Part shown: in pieces, positions 50,594-59,875 of the stretch
How the letters are laid out: every line of letters begins with the position of its first letter
Numbering within the stretch: position 1 is the first letter of the stretch
Source: an uncultured Eubacteriales bacterium
GTDB taxonomy: Bacteria > Bacillota > Clostridia > Tissierellales > Peptoniphilaceae
Direction of reading: 5' to 3'
DNA length: 64,000 bases
Assembly (NCBI GenBank): GCA_902488815.1
Contig: CABTXP010000001.1
Span: forward strand, 20,765 to 84,764
Translations under genes and position numbers: made by a program
Notes under the pieces: generated by a model
Told to the model about the DNA's origin: nothing
Database searches by the model: none
The model's input: only the letters and a program-made list of their open reading frames with translations

Positions 50594-51619
50594 TCAGTCT
50601 ATAACATATACAGTGACCATTCTTCTTCCGAACTGAAGAGCTGTCTTGTTGGAGTTAAAGAATAAATCTATTCTCATACCCTTTATAGCTCCACCTGTGT
50701 CTTCAGCTACGGCATATCCGTATGAAGGCCATCCGTCTTGTGTTTCAATATATAGTTTTGATCCTAAGGGTATAACCTTCGGGTCTACTGCAACTGCTCC
50801 CACTCTTGCCTTTGTGCCCATAGCAGTCTTTGAACCTGCGCTTGGGTCATAGGCTGTAGCTTCCATTGTGTAAACTTTCTTAGCCTTTGACTTGTCAAAT
50901 TCAGTAGTGGTTGCTTGCTTAACTTCTTTTTCTTCTTCAGCGTTTTTAGTTCCGACTTCAACTATTTCGGTAACAGACTTTTTAATACGCTTTGTTTCTA
51001 AAACTTCTTGAGTAGTAAGGTCTCCGTTTACTAAAGTGTTTAAAACTCTCTCTTCAATAATGCCCGGAACACCCTTTTGCACTACAACTCTCTTGTCTTT
51101 GCCTAAATCAGGATTTACTTTTTCAATAATGTCAAAAGTTTCTTCCTTTTGAACAGTGATTTCCTTGTGAACAGTTCTGAAAATTTCAATTGTGCCGCCG
51201 TGTTCAATTTTTTTATTCAGTTCCGGCTTGGTATAGTCATCTTCTCCAAGAGCTATCCCTGCATTCTCCAAGACTTCCTTTACAGTCTCCCCTTCACTTT
51301 CCAAAAGACTTGCCTTGTCTGCGTCTTTAATGTGATATGAACCCGGAGCTGTAATTTTAATTTCAAGTCCTTCAGTAATCTCGGTGTCTAATGTAGGATG
51401 AACTCTTTGGCCGTCTTTTAAAACAATTCCTTCAGTTTTCAAAACGTCTTTTACATTTTCAGAATAGGTGAGAACATCTCTACCTTGATTGTTAATTTTA
51501 AGTGTTACCTTTGTTCCTAAAACTTGAGCAAATGTAACTGATATGACGGATACTAAAAATATTGCCGCCATTAAAGTTAGAACTAAGTTTCTATGAAACT
51601 TCGTTGCCGCTTTTTCCAT
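50594..51619 (-). CDS. DUF348-G5-3D cell-wall lytic protein (YabE/Sps-like)
   Basis: DUF348-like repeats, G5 (VQKGVPG...VEVGTK) and 3D domain (ATAY, AVDPKVIPLGS, AEDTGGAIKG, IDL). Confidence 0.9.
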   Translation of the reverse strand: MEKAATKFHRNLVLTLMAAIFLVSVISVTFAQVLGTKVTLKINNQGRDVLTYSENVKDVLKTEGIVLKDGQRVHPTLDTEITEGLEIKITAPGSYHIKDADKASLLESEGETVKEVLENAGIALGEDDYTKPELNKKIEHGGTIEIFRTVHKEITVQKEETFDIIEKVNPDLGKDKRVVVQKGVPGIIEERVLNTLVNGDLTTQEVLETKRIKKSVTEIVEVGTKNAEEEKEVKQATTTEFDKSKAKKVYTMEATAYDPSAGSKTAMGTKARVGAVAVDPKVIPLGSKLYIETQDGWPSYGYAVAEDTGGAIKGMRIDLFFNSNKTALQFGRRMVTVYVID

Positions 51620-51649
51620 TATAACCTCCTGCCACATTGTAGTTATAAT

Positions 51650-51893
51650 TGTAACTACTTTGTAACTTTTTTATGTCTGAGGTGATTATATGAAGGGGAG
51701 AATCATTTGTCAAATTTTTTGTAACTATTTTGTAACCCTTTGCAATGTGCTGTTTTACTGACGTACAGCTCTTTTGTAATATTGCTGTAATATTTAAAAA
51801 AGAATAATTAAAAAATTTTTAACCTTTTACAGTCCTCTAATTTCAACGCTTTAGATAATTTTTACTCAAAATTTATGTTACAGAAATATTACA
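51650..51893 (-). promoter_or_regulatory. sigma-A promoter with four WalR-type boxes
   Basis: TTGACA-17-TATAAT (51713-51685). TGTAAY-N5-TGTAAY at 51650, 51720 and 51775, with an inverted copy at 51877-51893. Confidence 0.75.
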
Positions 51894-51962
51894 AATTGTC
51901 ATATCCCAAATTATTTTTAAATTTTTCTCAAATAAAAAACCCTCTCCCATTTTGAAGAAGGT

Positions 51963-52601
51963 TTAAAAACTATAATTATTTTCTTTTAAAATTCGAATCA
52001 ATCTGTCAGTTATTTTTGCCGTAAATCCCCAAATTACATAGTCTTCGTACTCATAGAAGAGTATTTCGTCTATGCCCTTGTAAAATTTGTAGTCCTTACC
52101 GTTGGGAATTAATTCAAAGGGAAAATCTTCCGACTGAATAAGTTCAACATCCATGGTGTACTTCTTAGGTTCATTTTCCATAAGCCACCTTAAGGGGACG
52201 TAGAATAATTTTTCTACTTCGTCGGGATTCGGTCTTATATCTTCAAACTCAATGTCTTTTATAAGGCCCGCAAAGGAATAAATTTGAGAGGTCCCTCTTG
52301 TAATTAAGTAGTCCGTCTCTCCGAAGACTTGAACTTTGTCTGAAAGTATTAAAAGTTCTTCACATAATTCTCTTACGGCGGCATACCTTGGGGACTCTCC
52401 CTTTTCCATTTTGCCTCCCGGAAAAGATATTTCCCCCGGCTGTCTTCTCAAGGACAGGGCTCTGAGTTCATAGACTACACAAATCTCTCCCTCTATTTTC
52501 ATAAGGGGCACAAAGACGGAAAAGCGATCTTCCACATTTATAGGCTTGGGCCTGTGAAAGAACAAAATGTTTTCAATTTTCTCAAGATTTCTGTCTCTCA
52601 T
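51963..52601 (-). CDS. CoA pyrophosphatase (NudL-like Nudix)
   Basis: RRQPGEISFPGG, AVRELCEEL, NPDEV, IWGFTA. Confidence 0.9.
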   Translation of the reverse strand: MRDRNLEKIENILFFHRPKPINVEDRFSVFVPLMKIEGEICVVYELRALSLRRQPGEISFPGGKMEKGESPRYAAVRELCEELLILSDKVQVFGETDYLITRGTSQIYSFAGLIKDIEFEDIRPNPDEVEKLFYVPLRWLMENEPKKYTMDVELIQSEDFPFELIPNGKDYKFYKGIDEILFYEYEDYVIWGFTAKITDRLIRILKENNYSF

Positions 52602-53709
52602 ATCCGTCTATCAAGAGCTTCATATTTAATGAGCCGATTTTTTCATAGAAGTTTTCTATTTCTTCAATGGCATCCGATACAGTTCTTATTTTTAATTTTT
52701 CCGCGTCTATACACTTCAGTTCTCTTTCAATAAGGGCAAACAAAAGCTCTTCCATGGTAAAATCTCTCTCGAGTTTTAAATCCGCGGCAAGTCTGTGAAC
52801 ATATACTTCGTAAAAATATCTCACTTCCGAAGTAAGGGCGCGATCTTTTTCTCCTTCATACTCTTTCATATTTCCGAAGAAGGCTTTGCGCAAAAATTTG
52901 TCCGCTTTTTTCTCGCCTATGGGAGCAAAATAATATTCTTTGCCCTTTAAGCCGTCTATTACTTTTAAGGCGTCAAGGTATCCTAAGTGTATGTGTCTCT
53001 TGGCCTTGTCCGCATCAAAGTCCATAGACTTTGCTATTACTTCTCCCGGTTCTATTACAATGGCGTTTTTCGGAAAACGAAGGTCTCTGAAATCTCTGGG
53101 TCTTGTCCTTACTATAATAATGTTCTTCTGATCCTCTACCATTGAATAGGGAATTCTGTTGGTAACTCCCCCGTCAATATAGTACTTGCCTTCTATGGGC
53201 TCTAATTTAAATACCGGATGATATGCCGATGCAACTACAAAGTCTTTTGCCATGCCTTCAGGTATTTGGTCGATAAAAAGCTCTTCCGTTTTTTTGTCCG
53301 TCAAGTTGTAAGTGCAAAGTCCGAAGCGAATTTCCGAAGCTCTCAGCTTCTCTTCATCTACCAACTCGTTTGCAATGTCCCAAAGGGGTTTGGAGTCAAT
53401 AACTCCTTCTCCGTGGGCCATGTTTACAATGTTTTTTATATTTGACTTTATCATGGGAAGGTAGTCTTCTATACTCTTTTTTGAATTTGACTTGTCGTCG
53501 TCAAAGGCGTCCAAGTTGGAATGTTCCCAAAAATAAATTCCTTTTTCCACATCTCCTTGTGCAATAACAGCACCGTTTATTGCGCCTATTGATGTGCCCA
53601 CTACGTGGTCAAATTCAAAGCCTTTTTCTTTAAGGGCTATGTAGGCGCCGATTTGGTATGCTCCCTTGGCGCCTCCACCTTCCAATACTAATGAATATTT
53701 TTCCTTCAT
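52582..53709 (-). CDS. Patatin-like phospholipase
   Basis: EGGGAKG, GTSIG, DGG. Confidence 0.92.
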   Translation of the reverse strand: MKEKYSLVLEGGGAKGAYQIGAYIALKEKGFEFDHVVGTSIGAINGAVIAQGDVEKGIYFWEHSNLDAFDDDKSNSKKSIEDYLPMIKSNIKNIVNMAHGEGVIDSKPLWDIANELVDEEKLRASEIRFGLCTYNLTDKKTEELFIDQIPEGMAKDFVVASAYHPVFKLEPIEGKYYIDGGVTNRIPYSMVEDQKNIIIVRTRPRDFRDLRFPKNAIVIEPGEVIAKSMDFDADKAKRHIHLGYLDALKVIDGLKGKEYYFAPIGEKKADKFLRKAFFGNMKEYEGEKDRALTSEVRYFYEVYVHRLAADLKLERDFTMEELLFALIERELKCIDAEKLKIRTVSDAIEEIENFYEKIGSLNMKLLIDGYERQKS

Positions 53710-54149
53710 TATTTTAAATCAGATGTACAGTGTGGACACTTAACGGCTTCAACCGGTATTTCACTCTTGCAATAAGGGCATACCTTTGTTGTAGGAGCGG
53801 GTGCTTCCTCTTGAGGTCTTACTTTTGCCACTTGTTTAATAACTATAAAAATTACTAATGCGATAATTAAAAAATTAATAATGTTTTGAATAAAATTGCC
53901 GTAGGCGATAATAGGTGCCGCCGCATCCCTTGCTTCTTGAAGCGTTGCATACTTGTTGCCGTCAAGAGCATAGAACATTTCCTGTACATTCACACCTGAA
54001 AGCAGTTTTGATATGGGCGGCATAATAATGTCTTCTACAAGTGAAGTTACAATCTTTCCGAACGCTCCACCTACAACTACACCGACCGCCATGTCGACTA
54101 CATTGCCCTTTGCAATAAAGTCTTTAAATTCATTTGCAAATTTCTTCAT
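53709..54149 (-). CDS. mscL: Large-conductance mechanosensitive channel with C-terminal zinc ribbon
   Basis: EFKDF..GNVVDMAVGVVVGGAF, YGNFI and a CPYC...CPHC tail. Confidence 0.93.
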   Translation of the reverse strand: MKKFANEFKDFIAKGNVVDMAVGVVVGGAFGKIVTSLVEDIIMPPISKLLSGVNVQEMFYALDGNKYATLQEARDAAAPIIAYGNFIQNIINFLIIALVIFIVIKQVAKVRPQEEAPAPTTKVCPYCKSEIPVEAVKCPHCTSDLK

Positions 54150-54576
54150 TCTCTCCTCCAAACTTTAATACTTCAATGTCGTTCTTTCTAAAGAGCTCCA
54201 AGGCATAGTCGTCAATTCTGTAGTCATGTTTGTAGACTACCTTTGAAATCCCCGCCTGTATCAAAGCCTTGGTACAGTTTAAACAGGGAAAGTGAGTGAT
54301 GTATGCCGTAGCTCCTTTAACAGATATACCCTCTTTTGCACAATATAAAAGGGCATTCATCTCCGCATGTATTGTTGCGATACAGTGTCCGTCTCTAAGG
54401 ACGTGTCCAACCTCGTCACAGTGAGGGTTTCCCGCAACACTTCCGTTATAACCTGTGGAGACAATTCTGTTGTCTTTATTAACCAATGTGCAACCTACAA
54501 AGGCTCTGTCACAAGTAGATCTTGTTGCAACCATTTCAGTTATTTCCATAAAGTAACTTGTCCACGACTTTCTCAT
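54130..54576 (-). CDS. dCMP deaminase (ComEB family)
   Basis: RSTC.R, GYNG, HAEMNA, PCLNC. Confidence 0.92.
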   Translation of the reverse strand: MRKSWTSYFMEITEMVATRSTCDRAFVGCTLVNKDNRIVSTGYNGSVAGNPHCDEVGHVLRDGHCIATIHAEMNALLYCAKEGISVKGATAYITHFPCLNCTKALIQAGISKVVYKHDYRIDDYALELFRKNDIEVLKFGGENEEICK

Positions 54577-55172
54577 AGTGCCTCCTTTGCAAGCTCATCG
54601 GCTCTTTCGTTGTACTTAATCCCCGAATGAGCCCTTACATGTATAAACTCCACATTAATCTTATCCTTTTGCTCTTCAAAAAAATCTTGGTATGCCTTTG
54701 TGCCTTTTAAATTTGCCTTCCAGGACTTTGTAGCCCACATTTCAATGCCGTAGTAGTCGTAGTGAAGGTATAGCTTCCCGTATGAGAGAGATACGGCCTT
54801 GTTAATTGCAAATATTGCTCCTTCTATTTCTCCCGCCACATTTCTCATACTGCTCAACTCCGACTTTAAAAAGGCCTTATTGTGTTCCTCATAAAAGTCC
54901 TTTCCGATTAAGACGCAGCCGTAGCTGTAACGCTCCGTCTCTATGTCATAACTGCCGTCTACATAGGCTATAAGTTCTCCGTCCTTTAAATCTTCCTCCT
55001 CAACGGCGGCATTTGTCTTTCCTTCATTAACAAATGCTTCCGCCTCTTCTACGGTTTTAAATTTTTTATAAACGGCGCCTTTAAACCCGAAAACTTGGGC
55101 CTTACATTCGTCCCAAGTTTCGTATATTCCCGGATTTTTTCCAACTCTTACTGCATAATAAAATTTAGCCAT
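54573..55172 (-). CDS. Ribonuclease HI with N-terminal hybrid-binding (viroplasmin) domain
   Basis: YYAVRVGKNPGIYETWDEC, YVDGSY, RNVAGE, AHSG..YNE.ADELAK. Confidence 0.92.
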   Translation of the reverse strand: MAKFYYAVRVGKNPGIYETWDECKAQVFGFKGAVYKKFKTVEEAEAFVNEGKTNAAVEEEDLKDGELIAYVDGSYDIETERYSYGCVLIGKDFYEEHNKAFLKSELSSMRNVAGEIEGAIFAINKAVSLSYGKLYLHYDYYGIEMWATKSWKANLKGTKAYQDFFEEQKDKINVEFIHVRAHSGIKYNERADELAKEAL

Positions 55173-55795
55173 TAAAGTTTTTCTTTTACTTTCTTTTCAA
55201 TTTCAAGAACTCTCACTCTTGCCATTCTTTCAAGATTTTGTGAGTCCTCTCTATATTTTTTCGTAAATTCTTCATCTTTAATAGAAGAAAGATTAATGTA
55301 TACATTTAAAAGAGCACCTTTAACTGCGGTGTATGCACAGTGAGCACTTACTCCCACGTCTGTAATTGCGTTTTGATTGCCTTTCTCTACAACTATGTCC
55401 AAAAGGTCAAAGATTTCATATGATTTGTCCGCAATTTCAAAGGGCACTTCCGCCGCTTTTTTAAGTGCGTTTTGTAAATAATTTTTCCTTGCCTCTTTTT
55501 CTTCGTCGGTGGACTTGGGCATTTTAAAGCCGTCCATAACTTTTGTAAAGGCATCGGCATCTTCTTCTACAAGATCTGTAAGTCTTTTCTTTAAAAGTTC
55601 CGCCTTTGAAATTACTTCCATCATTTCAGGATGTACACTTGCAAAGTTTTTGTTTTTAATGGTGAGATTTGCAACCATCATACAAAGTCCGGCGCTCATT
55701 ACTCCTGCGTAGGCACTTGCCGCTCCGCCGCCGGGTGTAGGTGCATCAGATGCAAGTTCTTCTGCAAATTCTCTTAAATTTTTATCAGTTAACAT
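55172..55795 (-). CDS. Formiminotetrahydrofolate cyclodeaminase/cyclohydrolase (FTCD C-terminal family)
   Basis: ASDAPTPGGGAASA, DADAF, GNQNAITD, NVYINL. Confidence 0.9.
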   Translation of the reverse strand: MLTDKNLREFAEELASDAPTPGGGAASAYAGVMSAGLCMMVANLTIKNKNFASVHPEMMEVISKAELLKKRLTDLVEEDADAFTKVMDGFKMPKSTDEEKEARKNYLQNALKKAAEVPFEIADKSYEIFDLLDIVVEKGNQNAITDVGVSAHCAYTAVKGALLNVYINLSSIKDEEFTKKYREDSQNLERMARVRVLEIEKKVKEKL

Positions 55796-55803
55796 ATTTC
55801 CCC

Positions 55804-57465
55804 CTAAAATAAACCTTCCACTTTGCCTTCGTCGTCTATGGTCATGTGAATTGCCGCGGGATTTGAATTAAGTCCCGGCATTACCATCATATCTCCAAGT
55901 ATTGCCACAATAAATCCTGCGCCGTTTGAAATGTTAAGTTCCGTAATGTGGATTTCAAAACCGTCAGGCGCTCCCAGGACATTCTTGTCGTCGGTAAAGG
56001 AATATTGTGTCTTTGCCATGCAGATAGGCTGTTTGTCCAAGGCGTTTTTCTCCAACTGTTTAATTTTCTTTTCTGCAGTTTGAGAGTATGTGACCTTGTC
56101 CGCTCTATATATTTCTCTTGCAATGGTCTCGATTTTTTCTTTTACACTTAAATTTTCATCATATAGGACGTGGAAGTCGGATGTCTCTTTATTTAAAGTA
56201 TCTACTGTAAGCTTTGCAAGGTCCGTAGCTCCCTCGCCGCCTTTTTCAAAGCCCTTTATGACTTCGTTTTTAATGCCGTCCTTTGCCAAAAGTTCTCTTA
56301 CAAATTCCACTTCTCTATCCGTGTCGGTATAGAAGTGATTTACAGCACAGATTACAGGCACGCCGAACTTCTTTAAGTTGTCGTAGTGTCTCTTAAAGTT
56401 CTTATATCCTTCTTCAATGGCAGGTAAGTTTTCTTCGCCAAGGTCTGTCTTCGGAACTCCGCCGTGCATTTTTAATGCTCTAAGTGTGAGGACAAGAACT
56501 GTTAGGTCAGGTTTTAAATTTCCCTTTCTGCACTTTATGTCGAAAAACTTTTCCGCACCTAAGTCCGCACCGAAGCCCGCCTCGGTAACCACAATGTCTG
56601 CAAGTTTAAGGGCGGTCTGTGTAGCCACTATACTGTTGCAGCCGTGGGCAATGTTGGCAAAGGGTCCGCCGTGAATTATTGCCGGGGTGTTTTCCGTTGT
56701 TTGAACCAAGTTTGGTTTTAAAGCTTCCTTTAAAAGTATTGTAACGGCGTTTTCAGCCTTTATGTCTCTTGCGTATACAGGTTCGTCTTCCTTGGTGTAG
56801 CCTACGATTATGTTTCCGATCCTTCTCTTTAAGTCCTTTATATCTTTTGCAAGACATAGGATTGCCATAATTTCACTTGCGGCGGTAATCATAAAGTGTT
56901 CTTCACGAGGCACCGATGCAAGTTCACCGCCGAGTCCTATGACAATATTTCTAAGAGATCTGTCGTTGACATCAAGTACTCTTTTGAAATTTATTTTTCT
57001 CACGTCGATCTTCGGTTCAAGGCCGTGGTGAATGTGGTTGTCAATTAGTGATGCAAGTAAATTATTTGCACTTGTAATGGCGTGTAAGTCCCCTGTAAAG
57101 TGAAGGTTAATGTCTTCCATGGGAAGGACTTGGGAATAACCTCCTCCTGCCGCACCGCCTTTGATGCCGAATACGGGACCAAGGGAGGGCTCTCTAAGAG
57201 CCAAGATTGCCGAGGCGCCGATTTTACTTAAGCCTTGTGCAAGGCCGATACTTACCGTGGTCTTCCCTTCCCCTACAGGTGTAGGGCTTATTGCCGTAAC
57301 TAAAACCAATTTCCCCTTCTTGCCTTCAGGCAAATTTTCATAGTTGATCTTCGCCTTGTATCTGCCGTAAAGCTCAAGGTCTTCTTCTTTAAGTGAAAGG
57401 TCTTTTGCAATTTCAGCTATTGGCTTAAGCTCAGTCTCTCTTGCTATTTGAATATCTGATTTCAT
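55804..57465 (-). CDS. fhs: Formate--tetrahydrofolate ligase
   Basis: TPVGEGKTT, GIKGGAAGGGYSQ, HGGPFANIAHG, TEAGFGADLG, AKTQYS. Confidence 0.98.
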   Translation of the reverse strand: MKSDIQIARETELKPIAEIAKDLSLKEEDLELYGRYKAKINYENLPEGKKGKLVLVTAISPTPVGEGKTTVSIGLAQGLSKIGASAILALREPSLGPVFGIKGGAAGGGYSQVLPMEDINLHFTGDLHAITSANNLLASLIDNHIHHGLEPKIDVRKINFKRVLDVNDRSLRNIVIGLGGELASVPREEHFMITAASEIMAILCLAKDIKDLKRRIGNIIVGYTKEDEPVYARDIKAENAVTILLKEALKPNLVQTTENTPAIIHGGPFANIAHGCNSIVATQTALKLADIVVTEAGFGADLGAEKFFDIKCRKGNLKPDLTVLVLTLRALKMHGGVPKTDLGEENLPAIEEGYKNFKRHYDNLKKFGVPVICAVNHFYTDTDREVEFVRELLAKDGIKNEVIKGFEKGGEGATDLAKLTVDTLNKETSDFHVLYDENLSVKEKIETIAREIYRADKVTYSQTAEKKIKQLEKNALDKQPICMAKTQYSFTDDKNVLGAPDGFEIHITELNISNGAGFIVAILGDMMVMPGLNSNPAAIHMTIDDEGKVEGLF

Positions 57466-58358
57466 TCCGCCTCCAATAAATTCATTTCAATAATTTGTGA
57501 AGTTTCAAACTCATGGGCTCCCGTATAGTATTTAAAAGTATCTACCAGTGCATCAACAGGTACAAGACCTATGAGCTCTGTGCCAGCAATACTTACGCCG
57601 TAGCGTTTAGCTTCCATCTTTACATTTTCCAAAGCTTGGTAAATCGGTCCTTCTTCATAGTTGACCAAGTTCATTGAAACTTGTGCCAAGTTCTTTTCTT
57701 CAAGTTTTAAGCCGATACCCTTTACGTGGCGAAGGCCGCCGCCAGAGTATCTGACTTTTCTCGCAATGGCCTTTGCAATTTCCACGTCGGATGTATTTAA
57801 GTTCACGTTAAAAGCTACCAAGTGAAATCTTGCACCCACAGCGACACAGCCGAACTTTTCATTCATAACTTGCGGACCGAAGTCAGGCTTCCACTCCGCT
57901 TCCTTTATCTTTTCATAAAAGCCTTCGTACTGGCCCTTTCTAATGTTTGCAAGGTTAACTCTCTCTTCACATCTGGCATTGTCTTCGTACATGTAAACAG
58001 GTATGTCAAGTTTGCCTATAGCTTCTCCCACTTCTTCAGCAAGAGCCTTACAGTCTTCCACAGTAGCGTTTTGCACCGGCACAAAGGGTATTACGTCCAC
58101 AGCACCCATGCGAGGGTGAGCGCCTTTGTGCTTTCTCATGTCAATGAGTTCGCTTGCAATCTTTACACTTTCCAAAATCGAAGCCTTTAAAGCTTCAGGT
58201 TCTCCCACAACTTCAACCACTGTTCTGTTGTGGTCTTCATCCGGTTGAAAGTCCAAAAGCTTTACACCTTTTTTGCCGCGAAAGGCATCCAAGATCTTTT
58301 CAATTACACCTCTGTCCTTGCCTTCCGAGTAGTTGGGTATCGACATTATTTTTTTCAT
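57462..58358 (-). CDS. ftcD: Glutamate formimidoyltransferase
   Basis: PNYSEG, DHNRTV, HPRMGAVDVIPF, QVSMNL. Confidence 0.95.
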   Translation of the reverse strand: MKKIMSIPNYSEGKDRGVIEKILDAFRGKKGVKLLDFQPDEDHNRTVVEVVGEPEALKASILESVKIASELIDMRKHKGAHPRMGAVDVIPFVPVQNATVEDCKALAEEVGEAIGKLDIPVYMYEDNARCEERVNLANIRKGQYEGFYEKIKEAEWKPDFGPQVMNEKFGCVAVGARFHLVAFNVNLNTSDVEIAKAIARKVRYSGGGLRHVKGIGLKLEEKNLAQVSMNLVNYEEGPIYQALENVKMEAKRYGVSIAGTELIGLVPVDALVDTFKYYTGAHEFETSQIIEMNLLEAE

Positions 58359-59875
58359 AGTTCCACCTTTTCCATAACTGCATCTAAAATTTTACCCGAT
58401 GCAACCATAGCCGTAGATTTTTCAAGTACATTGTAAAGTTCTACGTCCTTATCTTCCGCCAAAAAGCTTATCTCTTCTCTAATTTTTTTATACGCAACGT
58501 CCGTGCCTTCGCCAAGTTTAAACTCGTCGTTAAAGTCCAAAGCCTGTGCCGCACATACAAGTTCCGTCGCCAAAATTCTCTTTACATTTTCGGCAATGTC
58601 TCCCGCTTTTCTTGCCGCAATAGTTCCCATGGACACAAAGTCTTCCTGATTTTCACAAGATGGAATTGAATCCACACTTGCCGGGTGGGAAAGAATTTTA
58701 TTTTCCGATACAAGGGATGCAGCCGTGTATTGCACCAACATAAAGCCCGAGTTAAGGCCCGGTTTTTTTACAAGGAAGGAAGGATAACCTGAAAGAGATC
58801 CGTTTACCAGTCTCTCCACTCTTCTTTCCGATATACTTCCGATTTCCGCAATGGCAATGCCAAGTAAGTCAAAGGCCTGTGCCAAAGGTTCGCCGTGGAA
58901 GTTGCCACCTGAAAACACTCCGTCCTTTGTGATTAAAGGATTGTCCGTTGCTGAGTTAAGTTCAATTTCCACAAGTTTCTTAACGTGTTCCAAAGAGTCC
59001 TTTGATGCGCCGTGGACTTGAGGCGCGCAGCGTAGTGAATAGGCATCTTGTACCTTAATCTCTCCCTGTCTTGTAACTTGCTTTGAGCCTTTAAGTAAAT
59101 TGCGTAAATTTTTTGCCGTTTCCACTTGACCTGCTTGAGGTCTTGCCAGATGGAGCTCTTCGTTAAAGGCGTCAATGACACCTCTTAAAGCTTCAATTGA
59201 AAGAGCCGCCGCAATGTCCGCCGTCTTTGAAAGTTTTATGCCGTCTATTAAGGCAAGGGCTCCTATAGCTGTAAGTACAGTTGTGCCGTTTATAAGGGCG
59301 AGGCCTTCCTTTGCGTGAAGCTTAATTGTGGGAATGCCCGCCTTTTCCATGGCAACCTTGCCGGGAAGAAGTTCGCCTTCAAAGTATGCCCTTCCAAGTC
59401 CCAAGATAGGAAGTGCCATGTGTGAAAGAGGTGCCAAGTCGCCGCTTGCTCCCAAGGAACCTTTTTCCGGTATAAAGGGAATTAAGTTCTTGTTAAGCAT
59501 TTCAACAAGTGTCTCCACAAGTTCCAAGGTCACACCTGAGTAGCCTTTGGACAATGAGTTGATTCTTGTTAAAATTATTGCCCTCACTCTCTCTTCTGAA
59601 AGAGGTGCGCCGTAACCCACGCTGTGAGTTCTCAAAATATTTTCCTGTAATGCCGTTCTGTCTTCCTTGTCAATTTTAACTCTCACAAGGGATCCGAAGC
59701 CGGTGTTTACTCCGTAGACGGGAGTTGATTCTTTTTCTATGTCTTCTATAATCTTTCTTGCCGCTTTAATTTTTTCCCTTGCATCTTCAGACAAGGTAAC
59801 TTTTTTATATTTTCTTGCCACATCCTCTACATCTTGTAGAGTCAAATGGTTGCCTGTTATTTCCAAAAACTCCAT
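58355..59875 (-). CDS. hutH: Histidine ammonia-lyase
   Basis: VYGVNTGFG, GASGDLAPL (ASG MIO motif), QDAYSLRC, GNFHG, NQEDFVSM. Confidence 0.96.
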   Translation of the reverse strand: MEFLEITGNHLTLQDVEDVARKYKKVTLSEDAREKIKAARKIIEDIEKESTPVYGVNTGFGSLVRVKIDKEDRTALQENILRTHSVGYGAPLSEERVRAIILTRINSLSKGYSGVTLELVETLVEMLNKNLIPFIPEKGSLGASGDLAPLSHMALPILGLGRAYFEGELLPGKVAMEKAGIPTIKLHAKEGLALINGTTVLTAIGALALIDGIKLSKTADIAAALSIEALRGVIDAFNEELHLARPQAGQVETAKNLRNLLKGSKQVTRQGEIKVQDAYSLRCAPQVHGASKDSLEHVKKLVEIELNSATDNPLITKDGVFSGGNFHGEPLAQAFDLLGIAIAEIGSISERRVERLVNGSLSGYPSFLVKKPGLNSGFMLVQYTAASLVSENKILSHPASVDSIPSCENQEDFVSMGTIAARKAGDIAENVKRILATELVCAAQALDFNDEFKLGEGTDVAYKKIREEISFLAEDKDVELYNVLEKSTAMVASGKILDAVMEKVEL

